From a virus (lineage: Duplodnaviria; Caudoviricetes), in the IMG/VR virus record IMGVR_UViG_3300027785_000111, positions 1 through 28,112 of that record: DNA of 28,112 bases. One strand, given 5' to 3'. Every line of letters begins with the position of its first letter. Positions within the stretch are counted from its first letter, which is position 1. A program made the translations under genes and the position numbers. The notes beneath the pieces are model-generated. The model made no database searches and was not told where the DNA came from. It saw only the letters and a list, made by a program, of their open reading frames with translations. This document shows positions 9,059 to 15,453 of the stretch, piece by piece.

Positions 9059-9236
9059 GGGTAGTTCCCTAAACGCATGTTTTGTGCGGTGTGAGACTCA
9101 CACATAGGGATTCGCCTGTCAACGACTGTTTCCAGTTGGCAACCTTTGATGCACCGCAATCTCGACCTTAGCTGGGGTTGACAACGGTTGTCAGTGAGTC
9201 ACTTTTACCAGACGGCAATCATTGGAGGCACTTGCT
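9059..9236. promoter_or_regulatory. Divergent control region (back-to-back TTGACA hexamers, palindromic operators)
   Basis: TTGACA on minus 9117-9122 and plus 9178-9183; palindromes GTGTGAG-A-CTCACAC 9089-9103 and TGACAAC-G-GTTGTCA 9179-9193; -10 elements weak. Confidence 0.6.
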
Positions 9237-9488
9237 GTGAGGTTACCTAACAATTTGATCGCGACAGTGAAAAAGGCAGGCGTGAAGATCTATTTCGCGG
9301 ACCGTAGGATCACCAAGATCTGGAACCAAGAGAGGGACCAAGAGGATCTTATGGTGTACGGAGGGTGGTACTGGCAGCGCCACAAGAAGGGGCGAGTCGT
9401 CCAGGTAGACGAGGATGGCCCGTTCCGCACTGAATCTGCGGCCATCCGTGATGCCTACATCAAGCTGCAGTTGAGGGTTGATCCTTGA
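9237..9488 (+). CDS. Hypothetical protein, the only credible plus-strand gene (~83 aa)
   Basis: GGAGG RBS 8 nt before GTG 9237; upstream TTGACA; fills a gap with no minus-strand gene; protein-like sequence (GGWYW..DGPFRTESAAIRDA). Confidence 0.7.
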   Translation: MRLPNNLIATVKKAGVKIYFADRRITKIWNQERDQEDLMVYGGWYWQRHKKGRVVQVDEDGPFRTESAAIRDAYIKLQLRVDP

Positions 9489-9657
9489 CGATACGCAGCA
9501 GCCCCTTCTCTTCTAGGTCCTTGACCATGTTGATGAAGTTGGCCTGAACGTGCATGGCGATGGAGTCAGACGGGTTGTCTTGGCATCCATTGCCTTGCCA
9601 TACGAACTTGGTGATCAGGCCCTCAGGGCTGTCTTCGATGAAGAATGCTGTTTTCAT
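9460..9657 (-). CDS. Hypothetical early protein, 65 aa
   Basis: GGAG RBS, ATGA overlap with upstream gene. Confidence 0.75.
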   Translation of the reverse strand: MKTAFFIEDSPEGLITKFVWQGNGCQDNPSDSIAMHVQANFINMVKDLEEKGLLRIVKDQPSTAA

Positions 9658-9890
9658 GTGTTCTCCATTTCGTCAATTTTGTCTTGATCTTTGCAAGTCA
9701 GTTCATTGTAGAGTTTGAACTCACTCTGACCACAGCAGGTAGGTTCCTCTTGCTCATGTAAGCAGTAAGGGCAGTACCTTGTTGGTTCTGGTTGCTTCTG
9801 TTTGCCGAAAGTTTCCTCCCAGCGTCTATTGAACTCGTCTTTAGGCACCTCAATGGGACGCGGTGCTGAACCCTTGCCACCGTCACTCAT
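9654..9890 (-). CDS. Hypothetical early protein with MSDGGKGSAPRP N-terminus and CxxC..CC zinc-ribbon-like motif
   Basis: TAATG coupling; Cys cluster CPYC..TCCG. Confidence 0.8.
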   Translation of the reverse strand: MSDGGKGSAPRPIEVPKDEFNRRWEETFGKQKQPEPTRYCPYCLHEQEEPTCCGQSEFKLYNELTCKDQDKIDEMENT

Positions 9891-10270
9891 TATCGCACCT
9901 GAATGTCAGGGATGATTGTGGAGGGCTTGAAAGTCACACGATAGAAGTGTGTGCTCGCCTTATTCGGCTCCAACTGCTCGACAAAATAAGTCACATTGTC
10001 GGACAAGCCGAGAAAATGCTTCTTGTAGTCAGTTGGTCCGATCTTGCAGATCACCGCAACTCGGGCTGGGTTTTGCAAAGGCTCAATGGAGCACAGACCC
10101 TCGATTGACAGCAGGTAGTCACTCGTGATGCCGTTATAGAAGACCACACGGCGATTGACCTCAAAGTTATCTGCGGCCTTGCTGAGGTTACGTGAGGCAA
10201 CATGTGCGTCATCTGCACAGCCTGACAACAGTGATGCAGCAACACCAAGACATAAAACTAACTTTTTCAT
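9890..10270 (-). CDS. Putative phage lipoprotein, 126 aa
   Basis: MKKLVLCLGVAASLLSG-C signal peptide II lipobox; ASRNLSKAADNFEVNRRVVFYNGIT pattern recognised from phage lipoproteins; start trimmed to ATG 10270 (GGAG RBS). Confidence 0.85.
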   Translation of the reverse strand: MKKLVLCLGVAASLLSGCADDAHVASRNLSKAADNFEVNRRVVFYNGITSDYLLSIEGLCSIEPLQNPARVAVICKIGPTDYKKHFLGLSDNVTYFVEQLEPNKASTHFYRVTFKPSTIIPDIQVR

Positions 10271-10524
10271 TTCGTACTCCAAACAATTAAACCAAACAAA
10301 TAGATGCCTGCCGAAGCGGCCTCCACCACGATCAACGCTGTGTCCTTCGCTTTGATGCCTACGAGACACCAAAGGGAGCCACCAAGGGCACCGAAGACAA
10401 GGTTGAGCGGGTAGATGTTGAGGGCGGTTAGAACCATCCCGACTAGGTAGAGGCCTGTGCCTGACCACCTATAGGTCTGATCGCTTTGACCCCAGATCGC
10501 CTCATGTATCTCTTGGGGGGTCAT
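10267..10524 (-). CDS. Small multi-pass membrane protein (3 TM, NIYPLNL motif; DUF6552/PnuC-half-like)
   Basis: Three hydrophobic segments; coupled overlaps at both ends. Confidence 0.75.
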   Translation of the reverse strand: MTPQEIHEAIWGQSDQTYRWSGTGLYLVGMVLTALNIYPLNLVFGALGGSLWCLVGIKAKDTALIVVEAASAGIYLFGLIVWSTK

Positions 10525-10640
10525 AAAGGTGCCTCTGGTGCATCCTTCAAACGCTGACCCTCAATTGCCTTGAGTAGCCTTGCCATCTCTTTGGGAGACA
10601 GGCGGGTGAAGGGCCATGTAGGCCAAGATCCGGTGGTCAT
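10521..10640 (-). CDS. Hypothetical peptide, 39 aa (MTTGSWPTWPFTRLSPKEMARLLKAIEGQRLKDAPEAPL)
   Basis: ATGA overlaps with both neighbours. Confidence 0.7.
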   Translation of the reverse strand: MTTGSWPTWPFTRLSPKEMARLLKAIEGQRLKDAPEAPL

Positions 10641-10834
10641 TGCTTCGCTCTCTCGTATGCATCAACGAGTGCGAAATAAAAGTCACCGAGTAGCTCCGCT
10701 TGCTGTTCTTCCATTCCAGCGTTTACGCGAGAACGAACGGATGTGCGGCCAATACCCTTGGTCAATTGGGCAAGATCTTCAGTGCTGATTTCGAGAGTAA
10801 GGACGGTGTCCTTAGGTGTGATGGTTGCTTTCAT
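10637..10834 (-). CDS. Hypothetical early protein, 65 aa (MKATITPKD...)
   Basis: GGAG RBS before ATG 10834. Confidence 0.75.
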   Translation of the reverse strand: MKATITPKDTVLTLEISTEDLAQLTKGIGRTSVRSRVNAGMEEQQAELLGDFYFALVDAYERAKQ

Positions 10835-10837
10835 AAT

Positions 10838-10884
10838 AATCTCCAATGATGTGCCCTCGACATGAAGGCACACTCTTAGAGATT
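10838..10884 (-). promoter_or_regulatory. Long hairpin covering the RBS (RNase III site-like)
   Basis: AAUCUCUAA-GA-GUGUGCCUUC-AUGUC-GAGGGCACAU-CA-UUGGAGAUU. Confidence 0.6.
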
Positions 10885-10954
10885 GTAGGATTGTCACGGC
10901 TATAGCCCTGCGTCCGCCCCTACACCCAGCGTATTAACGTCCTCTGGTCAGGAC

Positions 10955-10974
10955 TTGTGAAAAGTATATCACAA
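10955..10974 (-). promoter_or_regulatory. Host sigma70 extended -10 promoter inside a TTGTGA-N8-TCACAA palindrome
   Basis: TGTGaTATACT at 10963-10973 on the minus strand. Confidence 0.6.
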
Positions 10975-11012
10975 ACTGAAGGGGTCTTTTTTGAACCCCT
11001 TGGGTTTGAAAT

Positions 11013-11200
11013 TACATTGGCTGGCCAAGTTTCTGCGCTCAGCTTGGCCCAGTTAGATTGGCTGGCCAGGTCTCTGCGCTCTGGGCAAGGTCCAACGCAA
11101 AACGCTTGGCGTAGTACGACAGCTCCGGCCTGAAGCTGGCCACTGAGTGCCACGACAGGAAAACGGGGTGCCTACATTGCACGGCCAGGTTTCTGCGCTC
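11013..11200. repeat. Three imperfect 28-bp direct repeats (TAcATTGgctGGCCArGTyTCTGCGCTC)
   Basis: Copies at 11013-11040, 11054-11081, 11173-11200. Confidence 0.85.
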
Positions 11201-11239
11201 TGATAGGATTCGCACGTTCAGTGCGACCACCTCAATCAC
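11039..11239 (-). CDS. Possible hypothetical protein, 66 aa (GTG start)
   Basis: Short overlap with the end of the upstream gene; overlaps the repeats, so may be spurious. Confidence 0.3.
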   Translation of the reverse strand: MIEVVALNVRILSERRNLAVQCRHPVFLSWHSVASFRPELSYYAKRFALDLAQSAETWPANLTGPS

Positions 11240-11465
11240 GCAACCCCCAGGCAGGCATCTCCCAGCCCATTTGGAGAACGTCCAAGGGCACCGCCTGGCG
11301 CGTGATTTTCCCCTCCTGGTAGGCGTGGAGAGACTTAAGGCAGTCCGTCCAGTGCTGGGCGAGCATCCTGGTGGTTGCCGTTGGGCGTGGTGTGTTCTCA
11401 TACATGGCAATATTGGCCAAGATCCGGCGCTCAATTTTGGCCGGTGGCAGGTGTAAGTCAGTCAT
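11232..11465 (-). CDS. Hypothetical early protein, 77 aa (MTDLHLPP...)
   Basis: AGGA RBS before ATG 11465. Confidence 0.7.
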   Translation of the reverse strand: MTDLHLPPAKIERRILANIAMYENTPRPTATTRMLAQHWTDCLKSLHAYQEGKITRQAVPLDVLQMGWEMPAWGLRD

Positions 11466-11480
11466 AGATAATCCTAGTTG

Positions 11481-11540
11481 GTTGCAAAGTGTCCACAATT
11501 GGCCACGGTTGCCCATGGCCAACAATTGACAATTGGCAAC
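11481..11540 (-). promoter_or_regulatory. Intergenic long hairpin with GCAA tetraloop (RNase III site-like)
   Basis: UUGGCCAUGG-GCAA-CCGUGGCCAA extended by UGUC/GACA and GUUGC/GCAAC. Confidence 0.55.
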
Positions 11541-12190
11541 TATGCAGCCAACGCAATACGCACGACCTTGCCCATGGACCGACCATGCGCCAGGTAAGCC
11601 ACCACGGGCACCGATTTGTCCCAACAAGCGCGGCACCCGTTGCACTTGCCCCCGTTGTCGTATGCTTCGCAGGCTTTGGCACCGGCAGGCACCGACTCAG
11701 GACCAGGGACAATCACAGAGCCATGAGTACCAGGCAGGAACTCCCCCAGGACAGAATCAGAGCTGGGGCGAACCATTACGTTTGGCAGTGCCTGCATATC
11801 GGCCAGCACTTGGCGAAACTTGGGGAACTTGTGCATCCTTGTGGGCAACCAATGATTGCACCAGGGTGTGCGCTGCATGATCTCCAGGATCTTTTCGGCC
11901 AATGGTAGGGCGTACATGTCACCAGAATCAAACCAACGGAAATAACGCGAGTCGTCCAGGGCTTTGACCATGTCGTCCACCCAGTCCAGGCGCTGCCAAT
12001 CCAGGCGGTTTGCTTCGCGTGGTCCTTTGACGTTGTCGAATTTGTAGTTGCCCTGGGTGGCGTAACAGCCCTTGCAGGCATCCACCAGGACACCAGGCGC
12101 ACCGAATGAACCAGGGCAAGTGTCACGGGCCTGCAGTGACCAGGATTTGATTCCATCCAGCTTGGAGGTTTTAGAGAGCGAAACGGCCAT
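11540..12190 (-). CDS. GP88-like Cys-rich protein (possible Fe-S / radical-SAM-like)
   Basis: SWSL..TCPG..ACKGCYA..GNY, YFRWFDSGD, HWLPTR, NVMVRPS, C..KCNGCRACW..VAYLAH; AAGGA RBS. Confidence 0.85.
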   Translation of the reverse strand: MAVSLSKTSKLDGIKSWSLQARDTCPGSFGAPGVLVDACKGCYATQGNYKFDNVKGPREANRLDWQRLDWVDDMVKALDDSRYFRWFDSGDMYALPLAEKILEIMQRTPWCNHWLPTRMHKFPKFRQVLADMQALPNVMVRPSSDSVLGEFLPGTHGSVIVPGPESVPAGAKACEAYDNGGKCNGCRACWDKSVPVVAYLAHGRSMGKVVRIALAA

Positions 12191-12258
12191 GATAGTGGTC
12201 CTTAAAATGATTGAAGAGAATGATTGTCTAATGGCAACAATTGTCAGTTGTCAAGCGA

Positions 12259-12483
12259 TTAGACAGGCAGAGAGTAGGAAAACTCCCCCTTGTGGTTGCC
12301 TTGCGCGATATTCAAGGAGCGAATCAGTGCATAGACTTGAGAATGATCAAAGCCAAGCCCCTCAGTAATGAGAGACTCAGAGACACCGATAAAACGTGCG
12401 TCCAGCTCTGTCAGATTCTCAGTCCATGACTCGCCCGTGGCGTTGTCTGTCACTGAATAACTTAAAAATCGTTGGTTGTTCAT
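12259..12483 (-). CDS. Hypothetical early protein, 74 aa
   Basis: RBS AAGGTGG before ATG 12483. Confidence 0.7.
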   Translation of the reverse strand: MNNQRFLSYSVTDNATGESWTENLTELDARFIGVSESLITEGLGFDHSQVYALIRSLNIAQGNHKGEFSYSLPV

Positions 12484-12493
12484 AGTGTCCACC

Positions 12494-12598
12494 TTATCCA
12501 ATGAAACAATAAGCCACCAGGCAGAAGATCGTGCCGTAAGTGAGAGCCAGGGCGAAGTGCATCAGAGCAGAGAGAGCGAGTTGTTTAGTAGTTGGCAT
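12494..12598 (-). CDS. Small membrane peptide, 34 aa (MPTTKQLALSALMHFALALTYGTIFCLVAYCFIG)
   Basis: TAAGGA RBS; single TM segment. Confidence 0.65.
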   Translation of the reverse strand: MPTTKQLALSALMHFALALTYGTIFCLVAYCFIG

Positions 12599-12612
12599 TG
12601 TGTGTCCTTAGG

Positions 12613-12783
12613 TTATGCAGTTGTGATTGTAGCGTATTGCACGTGTGGCCACTTACCCGCTGCCACTTGAGCAGCTACGAAGGCCTTGTGCTTCTTTGCG
12701 GTTGCTAGCGTCCACGCCATGCGATCATGGTGGCTCAGCAGTGCAGTTTGTCCGTTAGTCAGTTTCAGTAGTACGTTATACAT
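12613..12783 (-). CDS. First early gene, 56 aa (MYNVLLKLTNGQTALLSHHDRMAW...)
   Basis: TAAGGA RBS; TATACT -10-like element at 12818-12823. Confidence 0.7.
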   Translation of the reverse strand: MYNVLLKLTNGQTALLSHHDRMAWTLATAKKHKAFVAAQVAAGKWPHVQYATITTA

Positions 12784-12828
12784 GGTCAGTCCTTAGGTTT
12801 GGTTGTTGAGAGACTGCAGTATACATGC

Positions 12829-12925
12829 AAAACGCACCGATTAACTTGTGGTCCAATTGAATTTAACTATAGGGCCGATAGTCTAAGGCTATAAGGTAGG
12901 TAAAACGCACCGATTAACTTGTGGT
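12829..12925. repeat. Perfect 24-bp direct repeat AAAACGCACCGATTAACTTGTGGT x2
   Basis: Copies at 12829-12852 and 12902-12925. Confidence 0.9.
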
Positions 12926-13676
12926 TAGCCTTGTGGGTTGCTTAGGGTGTGCTTGTGGTTGTTGCGTAAATACAACACTTTGAAAGGCCACCGATGTATC
13001 AAGCACAGTGTTGTTTTTATACAACAACCATCCCTGACCATCGGTTGTCCCTTGTGGTTTCCCTTGTGTTCTAGCTTCTAGAGCTAGTGCGAGGCCTTAT
13101 AAATCAACAACTTAGCGGCACTTGTGGCAATCTTGTGCCAACTAGAGGGCACCCAGCGCCAACAATCGAGGGCAGCAGGGCACCCCACGGGGGGAGTCGC
13201 GCATCGTCCATGTTCGAGGTGGGCTCAGAAATTTTTTCAGTGAAACATTTAGGACCCCTAAGGGTCACCCTAAGCACACCCCTTCAGGAAGCCTCCAGGA
13301 ACCCCTAGAAGCCATCATTACGATCATCCCAAGGCTACCCCTCAGGTTGTCCCTTAAGCCCCTCTACAGGGCTATACTCTTCTGGTTTACTCATGATGGT
13401 GATTGTCTCTTAGAGAGGAACTTAGAGAGTCCCTTAGAGATAACCTATAGTTTAATACTAAGTAATCTATATGCTAGCCACATAGGCTTCTAGCTTCCCC
13501 CCTACCCCCCATAGATATGAGATGGTAGAGGCAGTTAGCTAATGAAGCCTACGCAGTTAGATGACCTAGGTTAGAGATCGTCTACATGCTGAGCACACAT
13601 TAGGAACCAGCCTGGTCCAAAGACCAGCACCTAATTGGACCGTGTGCCCAGATAGATGTTCCCCCAGAAAGTATTC

Positions 13677-13693
13677 TTTCCAATTGGGCAACC
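13677..13693 (-). promoter_or_regulatory. Candidate phage RNAP promoter after terL (phiOR-like position)
   Basis: GGTTGCCCAATTGGAAA. Confidence 0.55.
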
Positions 13694-13704
13694 AAGGGAT
13701 CTGT

Positions 13705-15366
13705 CTAAGCTCTGCTCATCCATGTAGTCTGGGTAGGCTTGTAGCCCAAGACACCACCCATGAACTTCTTCAGTTCCTTGTCCAAGGCTGCAGACTGGAT
13801 GTCATGAGCCGCCTTGTTGTTGTCTCTGGCCATGGACTCGGTCCAGTAGGCTACAGCGATAGCCAGGGCATCCAATCGGTCATCATGTACCAGGGCACCA
13901 CGATCTCGTGTGAGACGAGTGAGCTGATAGAACAATGAGTACTTGATGTCCTTGGCTGTATCGAAGTCCTTCTGGATCACCCTCTGGTCCACAATGAGCC
14001 TATGAGTGCTCATCACGGGTTCCAGTGTGTCGATGATACGTGCTTCCTTCTGGGTGCTGTGCTTCACCTCTTCCACCGTGCAGGGATAGATCCGTGCCAG
14101 GACAGGCTTGAGGAGCTGGGTGAACATGCCGTCACCAAAGTTGGCTTCGATGATGATGTACTTCACCTGGTTCCTCTTGGCGGCATAGGCCAGAGCTTCC
14201 AGGGTCTCCATCTCGTAGCCGCCAGTGATACCTCCTGCTTCCGTGAGGAACAGGTTACCGGCCAGAGCTTTCACACAGGCATACCCAGTCTCGTCCTTAC
14301 CGCGGCCTGAGGGGTCGATGGACATGACAGAGCCGGTGTACTCCGACATCTCATCGGTGTGCCACATGGGTCGATAGAAGCGGTCACCTGTAAGGGCCAC
14401 GTTGGGGAGATCGTTGATGCACAACTCAGGGGCAGCAGACCAGGCCACCTTCAAGTGAGCCATCACTGGGTTCAGGTTCTGAATGACCAGGTCACCAACC
14501 TTCAGGGGGTATCGGTCAGCATCACTCAGGGACGTGTCGAGTTGGAACTGCAGGGCAAAGCCAGCCTTCCCGTAGGAGGCCTTACGTTCCATCAGATCTT
14601 CCTCGCTAAAGCGTCTCGGATCGGTGGGCTTGTTGGCTCGCTCAGCGTCTTCCTCAAGAGCCTTGGTGATCATGGGAGCCAGAGCACCCTTGTACTTGAT
14701 CACAGTCTTGATCTCAGGGAACAGGGCTGGCCAGATGCGGACTTCGTATCCACGCTCAGGCAATTGGTTGTAGAGGGACATCTCTGTCTGGGGTGTGCCC
14801 AGGTACAGGATGCGGCCACCAGGCTTCAAGATCGCATCAAATTCCTTCACAGCCTCAGAGAGCTTGTCGCGCATCATCTGGGTTGCTGAGTTGTTGGGAA
14901 CCTCTACGTCATCCGCGATGAGAATATCCGCACGAGAACCCGTAATCTGGCCTGTGATACCCACGGACTTGACCGAGGGTGAATGGTCGGGTGTCGCAGG
15001 TCCGACATCAAACGCGATAACGGAATCCCTCTGGCCATCCTGCGGCTTGAGGTGTTGGAGCATCGGGATTTCATTGATGAGTCGCTTTACGAATGTGGAG
15101 AAGGCATCGGCTCGTTCCTTCGAGGCGGACACCACGAGGATCTTGAGTTGTGGATTGTTGAGCAGCAGCCAACATACGAAGGCTGAAGTGATCCACGATT
15201 TGCCTACCCCTCGAAAAGCCTCGATGACAGACCGGCGTGGTCCATTCTGTAGGTAGTTGGCAATGTCATATTGAACTGGGGTTGGCTCAGGAAGTCCTAG
15301 GTGTTTCCACACCACGTACATGAAGATCCTGAAGTCAGCTAAGGCTGGATGTTTGGTTGGGGTCAT
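13705..15366 (-). CDS. terL: Terminase large subunit (T7 gp19-like)
   Basis: IEAFRGVGKSW Walker A, GSRADILIADDVE Walker B, YLGTPQ, IDPSGRGKDE nuclease motif, HDDRLDAL. Confidence 0.98.
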   Translation of the reverse strand: MTPTKHPALADFRIFMYVVWKHLGLPEPTPVQYDIANYLQNGPRRSVIEAFRGVGKSWITSAFVCWLLLNNPQLKILVVSASKERADAFSTFVKRLINEIPMLQHLKPQDGQRDSVIAFDVGPATPDHSPSVKSVGITGQITGSRADILIADDVEVPNNSATQMMRDKLSEAVKEFDAILKPGGRILYLGTPQTEMSLYNQLPERGYEVRIWPALFPEIKTVIKYKGALAPMITKALEEDAERANKPTDPRRFSEEDLMERKASYGKAGFALQFQLDTSLSDADRYPLKVGDLVIQNLNPVMAHLKVAWSAAPELCINDLPNVALTGDRFYRPMWHTDEMSEYTGSVMSIDPSGRGKDETGYACVKALAGNLFLTEAGGITGGYEMETLEALAYAAKRNQVKYIIIEANFGDGMFTQLLKPVLARIYPCTVEEVKHSTQKEARIIDTLEPVMSTHRLIVDQRVIQKDFDTAKDIKYSLFYQLTRLTRDRGALVHDDRLDALAIAVAYWTESMARDNNKAAHDIQSAALDKELKKFMGGVLGYKPTQTTWMSRA

Positions 15367-15401
15367 AGATTGGTTTAAAGGGGTCTAGAAGACGTTTTCA
15401 G

Positions 15402-15431
15402 AGTAACCCTAGGGGTTAGCCTAGGATTACT
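15402..15431 (-). promoter_or_regulatory. Hairpin between terS and terL (position of T7 R18.5 RNase III site)
   Basis: AGUAAUCCUAGG-CUAACC-CCUAGGGUUACU 12-bp stem. Confidence 0.55.
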
Positions 15432-15453
15432 GAGAAACAGCCTTGTGGGTCGT

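Larger units (their letters stand above)
12784..13704. other. Non-coding genome end-junction region (expected location of the direct terminal repeat)
   Basis: Lies between terL (T7 right end) and the first early gene (left end); many short repeats (CTTGTGG, CCCTAAG/CTTAG); exact termini not determinable. Confidence 0.75.

Noticed and set aside
10920-10955. Pistol ribozyme
   Set aside because: The P1/pseudoknot start is similar but the P2-P3 and GU cleavage-site architecture is not present
11013-11200. CRISPR mini-array
   Set aside because: Gaps of 13 and 91 bp are irregular, repeats lack a typical hairpin or GAAA(C) end, and no cas genes are present
13087-13308. 73-aa plus-strand ORF in the end-junction region
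   Set aside because: No RBS, lies within a repeat-rich non-coding terminal region, non-protein-like composition
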